Shown one piece after another: positions 9,221 to 18,683 of a stretch of 64,000 nucleotides of DNA. Below the pieces are notes generated by a model, which was given only the letters and a program-made list of their open reading frames with translations, did no database searches and had not been told where the DNA came from. Origin of the DNA: Candidatus Woesearchaeota archaeon (GTDB taxonomy: Archaea; Nanobdellota; Nanobdellia; Woesearchaeales; JACPIF01); NCBI GenBank assembly GCA_016188215.1, contig JACPIF010000008.1, forward strand, positions 101,439-165,438. Reading direction: 5' to 3'. Each line of letters begins with the position of its first letter. Position 1 is the stretch's first letter. The position numbers and the translations under genes are program-made.

Positions 9221-10719
9221 GTTACCTCAAGCCTGCATAGCGCACGGTATATCTGTATGCCGTGCCTGTTGTACACCTCATTGAAACAAAGCTTGTCCCT
9301 AGTGAATTCCAATGACTGGATGCCATACTGCGCTTTTGTCTTTTGGGAGAAAAAGATATAATCCACATTGTACGCATTAAGTATCCTGATAGCCTCTGTT
9401 TCAGAAGGCGTGGTGAAAAAAAATCTTATGTCCTTCAGCCGATATTCCGCATCCTTGATAAGCAGGAAATTAGTGTCAATTACATTAGCACGGCGGCTCA
9501 CCGCAGTAATTACATGACCTTCCTCAAGGTTTCCAAGGACCATCGCCTTAGGATCACTATGCTCCTGCAGCCATGCAAGAGCCTGGATCTCTTCATCGCT
9601 CACATTATTCTGCATTGCCTTTGAAGCAGAGACAAACGCCGGTATGATAGAAAAAATGAAGAAAGCCAGCACAAACGCAAATATGAAGAGCTGATTATGC
9701 CCTGCAAACCTTGTCTTCTCAAAATATTCAAGCAGGCGCTTGTAGCTTACACTAAACAATATCACCAAGATGGGACTCAGGAAAAGCATACCGACAACAA
9801 GGCTGACAAACTTAAACCAGAGAAGGATGGATATTGTTATGGCAAATGATATAATCAGGTAAAGGCTGCGGTCCTTTTCCTTGAAAAGATAAAGGTAAAT
9901 AGTGTACATTCCCAGGATAAGCGGGATAAGGCCTATTGCGTAGACTGACTCTATAATGCTCAAATCCTTAAAATAATTATTCAATATTTCTGCAGGGATA
10001 TTCTGCCAGATCACATCAATGCCATGGGCAAGGAAGGGTCGCTTGAATGTTATGAAGATTGACCATACGATGAGGAATGTTGAGAACAGGATAATCTCAA
10101 TCTCCTCCTTAAGCTGCGGCAGACCTTCAAGGCGGAGCAGTATTAGATATGTAAGCAGGGACATTATGAGAAGTGTAACTGAAGGATGGATGAGGCGGAG
10201 CAGAAGGATTAGCACGATTATAATGATGACATATGAGCGGTGCTCGTGCAGACGCAGCATGCAATAGATAAATAGAAGGATGATGGGGATGACAATGGCA
10301 TAGACTGATATGTCATTTACAGTCTTAAAGAAAAAAATCGGTATGAAGCCGGCAACATATGCAGAGAAAAGGGCAATGCTCTTGTGCCTGGTGAGATAAA
10401 GGGTGATGGCATACATTACAATGATGATAGAGGTTGCAAATATGTTGGGTATTACCTTGTAAACTATTGCTTCAGGCAGGACAGTGCGGAATGCAGCCAA
10501 AATGTAAAAATACAGGAAGCCCTGAAACAAGCTGCGGCCGCCATAGCTTAACTCATCATTAAATAAAGGAAAACCTGTCTCAAGGATATGCTCTACCTGG
10601 CGGATCGTATAATATGCCTCTGGCGCATAATTATCAGACTGAAACGCGAAATAGAGGCGGATGCCACATATGGCAGCAAACAGCAGCGCCAGTACAATAT
10701 ATTCACTCTTGACCCGCAT
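9217..10719 (-). CDS. polytopic membrane protein, GT-C-like putative glycosyltransferase (tandem paralog)
   Basis: 500 aa, multi-TM N-terminal domain plus C-terminal soluble domain ...ILNAYNVDYIFFS... alignable with previous gene; 4-nt overlap implies operon. Confidence 0.4.
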   Translation of the reverse strand: MRVKSEYIVLALLFAAICGIRLYFAFQSDNYAPEAYYTIRQVEHILETGFPLFNDELSYGGRSLFQGFLYFYILAAFRTVLPEAIVYKVIPNIFATSIIIVMYAITLYLTRHKSIALFSAYVAGFIPIFFFKTVNDISVYAIVIPIILLFIYCMLRLHEHRSYVIIIIVLILLLRLIHPSVTLLIMSLLTYLILLRLEGLPQLKEEIEIILFSTFLIVWSIFITFKRPFLAHGIDVIWQNIPAEILNNYFKDLSIIESVYAIGLIPLILGMYTIYLYLFKEKDRSLYLIISFAITISILLWFKFVSLVVGMLFLSPILVILFSVSYKRLLEYFEKTRFAGHNQLFIFAFVLAFFIFSIIPAFVSASKAMQNNVSDEEIQALAWLQEHSDPKAMVLGNLEEGHVITAVSRRANVIDTNFLLIKDAEYRLKDIRFFFTTPSETEAIRILNAYNVDYIFFSQKTKAQYGIQSLEFTRDKLCFNEVYNRHGIQIYRALCRLEVT

Positions 10720-10771
10720 AGCATGGCTAGTTCACGGTACATTTATTAATTTTGTTATACCTCAATATTTT

Positions 10772-11416
10772 ATGGAAGAATCAGTGAATTCAGGCTTATT
10801 GCATGATGTACTGGGAAAACCTGGCATTACTCTGGTGCACGGACCGGCAGGCACAGGAAAGACATTGGCATGCCTGGAAGCTGTTGCACTACATGCGACA
10901 AAAGGCAAGGTCATTTACATTGACTGCCATGTAAGCAGCTTCCCGTTTGAGCGACTCATGCAGATCACTCAAATGAACCCTGAAAAGCTTAGCCAGCGCA
11001 TCTTTTTTATCCACCCTAGAACTTTTATTGAGCAAGGCAATGTCATCAAAGGCTTGCAGAAGCTGCACAAGGATATTGCATTGATTGTCGTTGATAACAT
11101 CACATACCTCTACCGGCTGCGCAAGGGGGGGTATGGAAAATCCTTTGCAACAAGCAAGGCCCTCATGGAACAGATGGAGATGCTGGCTGAGATTGCAGAG
11201 CGGCTGAAGATTCCGGTGCTGGTCACGAGCCATGTGTATGCAAGTCCTGAGCAGAGTTTCAAGCAGCATAACGTTGTCGGAGGAAAAATATTAGAGAGGA
11301 GAGCTGCACAGATCATTGCGCTTTCTGAAGCTGAAGGGCGCAGGAAAATGAATGTGCTTGGGGAAACCCATAAAGCATACTATTTTACCATTACAGAAAA
11401 AGGTATCAGAATTTAG
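10772..11416 (+). CDS. radB: RadB-like RecA-superfamily ATPase
   Basis: Walker A LVHGPAGTGKTLACLE, Walker B IALIVVDNITYLY, no N-terminal HhH domain, ~214 aa from in-frame ATG at 10772 (track start 10661 overlaps upstream gene). Confidence 0.55.
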   Translation: MEESVNSGLLHDVLGKPGITLVHGPAGTGKTLACLEAVALHATKGKVIYIDCHVSSFPFERLMQITQMNPEKLSQRIFFIHPRTFIEQGNVIKGLQKLHKDIALIVVDNITYLYRLRKGGYGKSFATSKALMEQMEMLAEIAERLKIPVLVTSHVYASPEQSFKQHNVVGGKILERRAAQIIALSEAEGRRKMNVLGETHKAYYFTITEKGIRI

Positions 11417-11419
11417 GCA

Positions 11420-12757
11420 TCATTCTTTATGCAGCTTGAACAGAACAGAAGCGGGGAATTTCTTATAGCCGCTCCGCGCATGCCACATGTCTTCCAGCTG
11501 GCCCCTGCATAGCACTGCAAGTGCCGCGAACAGGATGACATGGAATAAAAGAACCACTATCACGACATGCAGCAAGGTCTGGTGGAATAGGTAGATAAGG
11601 AGCAGCTCTAGGAATACAGCGGGCACAACCACATATAATATTGACCAGCGCTTGATGGCAAGGTTATAGACTACCAGGATATTGCTTAAGGCCAGTAGGC
11701 TCATGGCTATTGCGTAGATGCCTATGTAGCCCGCAATGTCATACTCGCTGCCAAGCATCACTAAAACTATAAAATCGGGAAACAGGAAATATGCAGTTAT
11801 TACAATGATGCAGCCGACTGCAGTCCACAGCATACCAAATCTGAGGTATTCTGAGGTATCCTCACCATTGCTATGGCTTTCAGACACTTTCGGAAATATG
11901 ATCGTGTTCAAAGCCCCTGAGATAAAGAAGACAACAGTGCCAATCAAGGAAAGGGCTCCATAGAATCCACTCTCAACCTCCTTGAAGAAATATTTTACCA
12001 GGATAACATCAAGATTGAGCAGGATGCCAATGCATACTGATGCAGCTGCTGCAAGCAGTATATATTGTGAAAGTCCTATATTGCCCAAGCGTGTTTTTTT
12101 GATTGAAAGGATTGTTCGCAGCGACCATAAGCAGAATGGGATGGTGGCAAGAGCTCCCAGAACCATGGCAACAAGCGCCCCCTTAACGCCGAGGGCAAAC
12201 AGGTAGACAAGCAGGATGCCCAGGAGTAGAGTAGCCAGCGCGTCAAAGATACGGTTAAGTCCCAGTGTGATATACCATTGCAACCCGTTAATCGCGCTCA
12301 AAAGCGCGCTGATGAAGAGAAATGACCAGATGAACATGCCGAGCAGGATGACGGAAAGCGCGGATGGTATGCGGAAGAATTCTGCTATATCTGCCGAGAA
12401 AAGTGTCAGGAGCAGGAATATAAGGAAGCCGAAAGCCATCAAGTACCTCATTGAGGCGCTGAGCAGCGTGCTTATCTTGTCATACTGGCTTTTTGCCTTG
12501 AAATATGTTATATATTTTATGATGATATTGCTAACGACTCCTGCAACTACCGCAGCCACCTGGAATATAGCAAGCAGCACCGCAAGGATTGAATATTCAG
12601 CAGGACCTAGCTTGCGGCTCATGATAACATAAAAGCCGACAGTAAAAAGATTCGCGATGCTGGAGAGCGTAACAACTGTAACCAGGTGCTTCAGCGCAAC
12701 CCAGTTCATAGGCACCTTCGCGTCTATACGATTCCGCAGATTACGAAAGAATTGCAT
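11420..12757 (-). CDS. MOP-superfamily oligosaccharide flippase (Wzx/RfbX-like polysaccharide biosynthesis protein)
   Basis: 445 aa, ~12-14 TM helices, typical Wzx topology and length; adjacent to GT genes. Confidence 0.55.
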   Translation of the reverse strand: MQFFRNLRNRIDAKVPMNWVALKHLVTVVTLSSIANLFTVGFYVIMSRKLGPAEYSILAVLLAIFQVAAVVAGVVSNIIIKYITYFKAKSQYDKISTLLSASMRYLMAFGFLIFLLLTLFSADIAEFFRIPSALSVILLGMFIWSFLFISALLSAINGLQWYITLGLNRIFDALATLLLGILLVYLFALGVKGALVAMVLGALATIPFCLWSLRTILSIKKTRLGNIGLSQYILLAAAASVCIGILLNLDVILVKYFFKEVESGFYGALSLIGTVVFFISGALNTIIFPKVSESHSNGEDTSEYLRFGMLWTAVGCIIVITAYFLFPDFIVLVMLGSEYDIAGYIGIYAIAMSLLALSNILVVYNLAIKRWSILYVVVPAVFLELLLIYLFHQTLLHVVIVVLLFHVILFAALAVLCRGQLEDMWHARSGYKKFPASVLFKLHKE

Positions 12758-12798
12758 CTACTGCCTATTTCGCATGCCATCATTTAAACTTTACTGTG

Positions 12799-13401
12799 CT
12801 ACTCATCCGAGAAATCTTCAAGCTTGAGGCTGATCTCCTCATTAGGCTTGATCATGCCGCGCTTTTTCATATACTCACTGGCAAGTATCCAGAACAATAC
12901 TCCGAGGCTTTTCTTGCCCTTGTTATTGCACGGCACTACCAGGTCAATGTTGTTTGACTGGTTATTGGTGTGGCATAATGCTATGACCGGTATGCCTATC
13001 TTGAGCCCGTCATTAATTGCGTTCCTGTCGGGCCACGGGTCAGTTACCATGATGATCTTCGGCTCAAAATATGTCTCAAGCTTCGGATTGGTGAGGATAC
13101 CTGGCGGGTAACGGCCGGCAAAAATCCTGGCGCCAGTAACTTTTCCGAACGCCTTCACCGGCTTCCATCCGTTCTCACGCCTGCTCACGATCAGGATATC
13201 CTCAGGCGCATAATTTGCCAATAGATTTGCAGCCTGGCGGGTGCGCTCGTCTATTTTCTGCAAGTTAAGGACTGAAAGGCCATCGGGGCGTATCTTGTAG
13301 ATGAACTGCTCCATGTGCCGGCTCTTGTTCTTGTTGCCGATATGGATGCCTGACTTTAAGTATACGTCCTGCGGAACCAAAAATGTGTCTTCTTCAGCCA
13401 T
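12799..13401 (-). CDS. rps2: 30S ribosomal protein S2 (uS2)
   Basis: 200 aa; GIHIGNKNKSRHMEQFIYKIRPDG, IIMVTDPWPDRNAINDGLKIGIPVIALCHTN are canonical archaeal/eukaryotic S2/SA motifs. Confidence 0.85.
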   Translation of the reverse strand: MAEEDTFLVPQDVYLKSGIHIGNKNKSRHMEQFIYKIRPDGLSVLNLQKIDERTRQAANLLANYAPEDILIVSRRENGWKPVKAFGKVTGARIFAGRYPPGILTNPKLETYFEPKIIMVTDPWPDRNAINDGLKIGIPVIALCHTNNQSNNIDLVVPCNNKGKKSLGVLFWILASEYMKKRGMIKPNEEISLKLEDFSDE

Positions 13402-13738
13402 AAATCACCTTTACTTATCAATGAATGTCCTGCACCGTTTATTGCCCTGTGCAGATTTGCAAATGCCGTAGCCAACATTTGCGTGGGCAATAAGCTTAGG
13501 AAAGTGTCACGATTTATAAGGTTTGTGTTAGAATAGTGCTGGTAAATCTGTGGGTGTTAAATGTGAGTGGTCATATCGGGTGATCAATTAAAATAAAAGG
13601 GATGATTAGAAACAGTATCTTTTTGTTCATTCTTCAAAATCTAATATTGGGATTATTTAAGGCTTTTCTCTAAAAGTGCCCTCCATTCAGGCTTAACTTG
13701 TATCCCTGCTTTCTGTGCTGGGGTTACTCCTAGTGCTT

Positions 13739-14251
13739 TTAATCCAATCCAAACTCCTTTACAACCTCATGCACAGCTCCCTTCGGGCTTAGCGTGCTTT
13801 TCATAAGATAAAACTTAGTGACCTCAAACTTAATCTTAGGGATCTGCAAAAGAACAATCCTATCCCTTAATTCTTTGATATCAGCAGGAGTGGCAACTCT
13901 GGCCAAGGTAATGTGTGGCTTAAATTTCTTATCCTTAGGAAACATACTTTCTAAGGCAATATCTATTTTTTTGTGCAGTTCCAAGAACTGTTCTTTAGGC
14001 TCTAACCCTAGCCAAATGACCCTTGGTTTGTTTGCACCAGGGAAATAGCCTATTTCAGCTGTTTCTGCATTAAAGCCCTTAACCTTAACCTTTCCTAAAG
14101 CCCCTATAATATGTTCTGGCTCACCTTCGCCTAGAAATTTTAGCGTGATATGGGGATTCTTATTTACAGAGACTCCCTGAATCTTAAGTGTGTTTGCCCC
14201 TTCAGTAATAGGGCCAGTTTCCGGTATAGCAATAGCTATAAATAATCTCAT
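13739..14251 (-). CDS. ligT: RNA 2',3'-cyclic phosphodiesterase / 2'-5' RNA ligase (LigT, 2H phosphoesterase)
   Basis: 170 aa with two H-x-T-x motifs: PHITLKFLG and PHITLARV. Confidence 0.8.
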   Translation of the reverse strand: MRLFIAIAIPETGPITEGANTLKIQGVSVNKNPHITLKFLGEGEPEHIIGALGKVKVKGFNAETAEIGYFPGANKPRVIWLGLEPKEQFLELHKKIDIALESMFPKDKKFKPHITLARVATPADIKELRDRIVLLQIPKIKFEVTKFYLMKSTLSPKGAVHEVVKEFGLD

Positions 14252-14284
14252 AAAAACAAATAAAAGAATAGAGAATTAAAAAGA

Positions 14285-14641
14285 TTATTGCTCTTCTTCG
14301 CCAAAATCCTCAGAATCTTCAGTTGATTCCTCAGCATCCGCTTCAGGCTCTGATTCCTGGGGTTCTGACTCTTCAGATTCCTCAGATGACTCCTCTGATT
14401 CGGATTCCTGCTGCTCAGACTTGCCTACAACCTCTGCAAATCCTACCTTGCTCAGGACTTTCTTGACCCGGATCCTTACCTGATCGCCGGTGCTTGTGTT
14501 TGGCACGAACAGGACAAACCCGTTTTTCTTGGCTATCCCATCGCCCTTCTCGCCAACCGCTTCAATCTTTACGTCCAACTCATCTCCCACATTTACAGGA
14601 GCTATCCTATTTGATCTAAATCCCCTATCGTCTTTTCTCAT
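14285..14641 (-). CDS. TRAM-domain protein with acidic C-terminal tail
   Basis: GDELDVKIEAVGEKGDGIAKKNGFVLFVPNTSTGDQVRIRVKKVLSKVGFAEVV is the small archaeal TRAM OB-fold; C-terminus is poly-E/S/D. Confidence 0.6.
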   Translation of the reverse strand: MRKDDRGFRSNRIAPVNVGDELDVKIEAVGEKGDGIAKKNGFVLFVPNTSTGDQVRIRVKKVLSKVGFAEVVGKSEQQESESEESSEESEESEPQESEPEADAEESTEDSEDFGEEEQ

Positions 14642-14740
14642 ACTTTAATTCACCTTTGTTAACGCGCTTATGCACGTATATGTCTGCTTGCTGAATTCCT
14701 GTTAGTTTATAAATGTTCCTGAAATTTCTATGGCAAATCT

Positions 14741-14784
14741 GGAGCCTGAGAATAAAATAAAAAAAGAAAGGGATCAGATATCCC
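14741..14784 (-). terminator. radA terminator: hairpin GGGATATCTGATCCC overlapping the stop codon followed by oligo-T tract (minus-strand sense TTTCTTTTTTTATTTTATT)
   Basis: Inverted repeat 14770-14784 and T-run 14741-14768 immediately 3' of radA stop; archaeal termination uses oligo-T. Confidence 0.45.
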
Positions 14785-15850
14785 TTAAGCCAGAGGTCTC
14801 AACATAGAAGTTAGCCTCACCTTCAGGCAAATTCGGGCTGTCCACCAGTTTGGCAACCCGGCTGCCCTTCTTGCCTTTCCTCAGATAAATCCTAAAGGTA
14901 GAGGCATGCGCAACTACGTGGCCGCCTATTGCCTGCGTTGGATCTCCAAAGAAGACATCGGGCCTTGACATGACCTGGTTGGTGACATAGACGCAGAGAT
15001 TGTAGGTGTCCGCGAGCTTGAGCAGGGTGTGCATATGCTTGTTCAGCTTCTGCTGCCTGTCAGCTAATGTCCCACGGCCGATGAATTCAGCCCGGAAGTG
15101 TGCGGTTAAAGAGTCAATGATGACCAGCTTCACCTTCAGGCCCTGCTTCTTGATAAGATCTTCAACCTTCTCGCCAAGAAGCATCTGGTGGTCTGAGTTA
15201 TAAGCCCTTGCCACCTTGATGTTTGAGAGCACTTTCTGCGAGTCCATGCCAAGACCTTCAGCCAGCTGCTGGATCCTTTCAGGACGGAAGGTATTCTCTG
15301 TATCTATGAAGACTGCAACTGCATCCGGGTCATCCTTCTGGACGTTAACTGCAAGAGAATGCGCTATCTGTGTCTTGCCGCTGCCGAATTCCCCGAAAGC
15401 CTCAACAATGCAGCCGGATTCAAAGCCGCCTCCCAATAAATTATCAAGAGCCTTGCTTCCTGAAGAGACTTTGAGCACTCTTGCCCTGCGCTCAAGCAAC
15501 TGGATGCCGGATTCAAAGCCCATCTCCAGAGCAGAGCGTGCCGCCTGGATCATCTTCCTCGCAGCCTGTTCAGTAAGGCCAGTAGCCTCAACAATCTCGC
15601 CGGGAGAAGCTACCGCAACACTTAACAGCGTTGTATATCCGACTTCCTCAAGGCGGGCTGCGGTTGCAGGGCCAACGCCCGGCAAATCGCTTATGCCGGG
15701 CTCTTTCTTGATGTGAACCTGCTCAACCTGCTCTGCAGTGCTGCTTCTGGAATGAGCAGTTTGCCTGCCCTGATTATCCTTTACCTTTTGTCTTTCTCTT
15801 GTTTCAGAATTTTGTCCTTTGGTTTCCAATACTACCACTTTTTGCATCAT
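14774..15850 (-). CDS. radA: DNA repair and recombination protein RadA
   Basis: HhH N-domain ISDLPGVGPATAARLEEVGY, Walker A EAFGEFGSGKTQIAHSLAV, Walker B VKLVIIDSLTAHFR; start placed at ATGATG 15850 with GGTGA Shine-Dalgarno 5-11 nt upstream, rather than track start 15970. Confidence 0.85.
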   Translation of the reverse strand: MMQKVVVLETKGQNSETRERQKVKDNQGRQTAHSRSSTAEQVEQVHIKKEPGISDLPGVGPATAARLEEVGYTTLLSVAVASPGEIVEATGLTEQAARKMIQAARSALEMGFESGIQLLERRARVLKVSSGSKALDNLLGGGFESGCIVEAFGEFGSGKTQIAHSLAVNVQKDDPDAVAVFIDTENTFRPERIQQLAEGLGMDSQKVLSNIKVARAYNSDHQMLLGEKVEDLIKKQGLKVKLVIIDSLTAHFRAEFIGRGTLADRQQKLNKHMHTLLKLADTYNLCVYVTNQVMSRPDVFFGDPTQAIGGHVVAHASTFRIYLRKGKKGSRVAKLVDSPNLPEGEANFYVETSGLRDI

Positions 15851-15863
15851 AATCACCTCTTGT

Positions 15864-16217
15864 TTATATAATTTCCTCAACCGGCTCTTCGTCAGAATTC
15901 TGCAGGGATTCCCGCATGACCAGGTATTCATATGCCTTCTGCAGCACAAGTGTTGCCCTTGGAAGGTCATTGATCCTCAGGCTGCCGGAGTTCTGCCACT
16001 TCCCGCTCTTGTCCTTATAGGCACGCTGGAATGATACTGTGCGGTAATTGACTACGCCATCCTTTCCGGCTGCCTGGTTTTGCCAAACTGTTGCAGAAAT
16101 AGTTCCAGACATGAACTTTTTTTCAGGGGCGTTCCTGGAATCTTCCACCCTGAAATCATTGTATTGCTTTAGTTTTTGCATTTTGATGCACCCTTTGCTT
16201 TTCGCATTTTGTTTCAA
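15864..16217 (-). CDS. small protein, possible PC4/Sub1-like ssDNA-binding fold, co-operonic with radA
   Basis: 117 aa; segment VNYRTVSFQRAYKDKSGKWQNSGSLRINDLPRATLVLQKAYEYL loosely matches the PC4 ssDNA-binding domain pattern; only 13 nt upstream of radA on same strand. Confidence 0.3.
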   Translation of the reverse strand: MKQNAKSKGCIKMQKLKQYNDFRVEDSRNAPEKKFMSGTISATVWQNQAAGKDGVVNYRTVSFQRAYKDKSGKWQNSGSLRINDLPRATLVLQKAYEYLVMRESLQNSDEEPVEEII

Positions 16218-16392
16218 ACCCGCTCAGAAATTCTTATTTTGATTCTGGCGCCCAGAAAAAACTTGTTTTTCCCGGGTTCCCTTGTTTTGCGCCTCTCGCG
16301 CCAGGAAGGGGGTGAACGAGCGTGCCGCATTTGCATGCGGGCACAGCCGTTTATACATAATAGAAGAGACCTTGCTTATATAGCTCACGCGA

Positions 16393-16412
16393 GGATGTCC
16401 AGTGACCAGTGG
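16393..16412 (-). promoter_or_regulatory. radA-operon upstream element: tandem half-sites, minus-strand sense CCACTGGTCACTGGACATCC
   Basis: Plus strand GGATGTCCAGTGACCAGTGG; differs by one base from the element upstream of mcm; second partial copy GAATGTCCAGTG at 16463-16474. Confidence 0.4.
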
Positions 16413-16474
16413 ATAGAGAAATGGCTTAATAAGGCTTATACGGCTCTTTATGCAGAGTTATAGAATGTCCAGTG

Positions 16475-17581
16475 CTAGTACACTGTTTCCTCTGGAACAG
16501 CAGCATCATCCATATCCCCTGTTTCAGGGCTTTTTCGCTTGATTGGAATTGAGATATCCTTAACTGGAATTGCGCCAAACTCCTGGATTTCCTTTTCAAG
16601 GTCAATTGCTTGTGTGGCTGAATTAACCACGAACTCAAGCCTATTAAAAAATTGGTTGCGGGTGCACCTGCCCCTGAATTTTGCGGTTGTGCCTAATAGT
16701 GAAGCTTTAGATATCTCAAACAGATCAGGCTGGTCTTTCATGGCAAGGATTTCTGCACTGCTCTTCTGCAAAAGCTGCTCAACTTGGCTGCGGAAGCAGA
16801 CAGCGCGGATGTTTTCAGTGCCGTCATCAATGACAAAATTGAGGAGGAATGCAAAGCCTGGCTGCACTGGCCCATGCTCAGGGCAGGTAAAATTGTCAGA
16901 AAGCCGGACGCGCTTGTTGCACATGCCGCACACTTCAAAGAATTTTAAATCAAAGACCTGCACTATGGTGGCGAACAGCTCGGCGTCTGCGTCCTGCTCT
17001 GATAAATCCTTGATAGATTTTCTGGGTGATTGCTTTGCATACTGGCGGGATGCGCCGTTGCTGCCATTGCTATCAGGAATATTTATTGCCACATCCTTGA
17101 TTTCAGTAAGCAGGTGGCTGTTGTCATTTAGATGCACTTCCAGCCTTCCCGTGTTCTCACGGACATAGCCGTTGCGCACCTTTACGATTGAATTCAGCTT
17201 TATAGAGCGAAGCTTTTCTGCAGATTCGCCCCAGAGAACTATACGGATAGAGCCTGTCTCGTCACCGATGAGCATTGAGCCTACTTTGCCTTCGCGCTTC
17301 TCAGTCTTGAATTCCCTGATATCATATACCTGGAGGACCTTGCCGATTGTTTCAACAGAACGGATGCCAGGCATGATGTTCTTTATCTTGAGCTGCCCGG
17401 TAAACTGCTCAAAGAGCTTGACGCCCAGCTCATGCGCAACAATATGCGCTGCGCCTTCCCTTGATATCAATCCAGACAATTGTGTGAGCTTGTTTTGTAT
17501 CCTTTCCTCAATATCCTTTTGCGGCAATTTAGCCTTTTCAGTTATCGCTGCAACAATCTCATTGTAAGAAAGCTTAATCAT
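16475..17581 (-). CDS. rpa: replication protein A (RPA) single-stranded DNA-binding protein with OB folds and zinc ribbon
   Basis: OB-fold repeats (IGKVLQVYDIREF...GSMLIGDETGSIRIVLWG), C4 zinc ribbon CGMCNKRV...CPEHG; start at ATG 17581 (MIKLSYNE...) rather than 17671. Confidence 0.75.
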   Translation of the reverse strand: MIKLSYNEIVAAITEKAKLPQKDIEERIQNKLTQLSGLISREGAAHIVAHELGVKLFEQFTGQLKIKNIMPGIRSVETIGKVLQVYDIREFKTEKREGKVGSMLIGDETGSIRIVLWGESAEKLRSIKLNSIVKVRNGYVRENTGRLEVHLNDNSHLLTEIKDVAINIPDSNGSNGASRQYAKQSPRKSIKDLSEQDADAELFATIVQVFDLKFFEVCGMCNKRVRLSDNFTCPEHGPVQPGFAFLLNFVIDDGTENIRAVCFRSQVEQLLQKSSAEILAMKDQPDLFEISKASLLGTTAKFRGRCTRNQFFNRLEFVVNSATQAIDLEKEIQEFGAIPVKDISIPIKRKSPETGDMDDAAVPEETVY

Positions 17582-17890
17582 GGGCACGAGGATTCTGGCT
17601 TGGTTTATATATGTTTGGAAAATAGATTTCACAAATATCACAAAACACATTGCGTTTCGTTGGTTTTGCATGGATTTATGGTGTATCTGTAATTTTCAGC
17701 ATTTTATTTATTTCCTTGCTTTTATTTTACTAACTATAACTTGGAGACACTGGGCTGCGCCCATCCACAATAGGAACTTTGTTCCTATGCCAAGAAATTC
17801 CCTGCATTTCCCTGGCATAGGGAAGTCCGCTCTTCTTGCTGTAAATTGTTGTGAGCGGACGACATGATGCCCGGGATTATGCATTAATGC

Positions 17891-18682
17891 TTATGGGAAC
17901 TCAAGGGCAAACCGGATCTTGTGCGCCTGCTCCACTATTTTGTTCTTTGCATCTGCTGTGATGAGCTTCTTGCCGGTATTGTAGCAGAATGTGTAAGTCT
18001 TCCGCTGGTACAGCTTTTCATCACATGTCTTGCCAATATCTCCTTTCCTGACTGCAAGTAGCGCTCCATCCTGGCCTTTCGCCATCCTGTAATTTAGGGT
18101 GCTGGAGAAGGATAGTGGGGCAACAAGCCTGGCATTATGGACTATGCCGGAATACTTTTGCTTATTTACCTCTGCAGTAATCTGGATATCATTTCCTGAC
18201 TGTGCAAGAGTAAACGTAGTGCCGCTAATGTGCTGATGGCCGCACTCGCAGTTCGTTGTCTGGCTTGAGGAGCAGTTGCTGACATAGTCCAGAAAATCCA
18301 TGAAGCTGCCTTGATCCCCCTCGTAGCAGCCTATTAATAACCGCTCTTGGGAATTTCCTGCTGCCTGCTCAACATTGTAGAGCAGCACCTCATTATTGAC
18401 GCAGGATTCCTTGCTTGATTCTGAGGAGCACTTATTGTAGATGCGGCTGAGGGCAGCCTCAATGCGGTCATACACATTCAGGTCATAATCCAATTCTACT
18501 GAGAAGGACGGGCGGATTGAGTAGGTGCCTACAACTATCCTGTCAGTAGATACTATGACCTCTGGCAGAGGACTAGATATGGCAGAGCCGGTAATCCCAC
18601 TGAAGTCGTAGAGCTCAAGCACAGCTGCCCCAGCTAGCAGGAGCACGGCAATCATCGGAATGAATAATATTTTTTTGTTCAT
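17891..18682 (-). CDS. secreted/membrane-anchored hypothetical protein (signal peptide), last gene of pilin-like operon
   Basis: MNKKILFIPMIAVLLLAGAAVL N-terminal signal; Cys-containing; no motif. Confidence 0.4.
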   Translation of the reverse strand: MNKKILFIPMIAVLLLAGAAVLELYDFSGITGSAISSPLPEVIVSTDRIVVGTYSIRPSFSVELDYDLNVYDRIEAALSRIYNKCSSESSKESCVNNEVLLYNVEQAAGNSQERLLIGCYEGDQGSFMDFLDYVSNCSSSQTTNCECGHQHISGTTFTLAQSGNDIQITAEVNKQKYSGIVHNARLVAPLSFSSTLNYRMAKGQDGALLAVRKGDIGKTCDEKLYQRKTYTFCYNTGKKLITADAKNKIVEQAHKIRFALEFP

Positions 18683-18683
18683 G

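Noticed and set aside
13402-13738. tRNA genes in long intergenic gaps (also 2064-2349, 17582-17890, 25473-25670, 46610-46916)
   Set aside because: No GTTC(R)A(W)TC T-loop or cloverleaf-compatible acceptor/T-stem pairing found on either strand by eye.
14774-15970. Track start for radA at 15970 (398 aa) with MTFQGQHLCCRRHMNTW... extension
   Set aside because: Extension is low-complexity and Cys/Arg-rich. An ATGATG with a GGTGA Shine-Dalgarno sequence at 15850 gives a canonical RadA N-terminus.
16218-16474. Second replication origin upstream of radA operon because of ORB-like half-sites
   Set aside because: Region is GC-rich with no AT-rich unwinding element; more consistent with a regulatory site.
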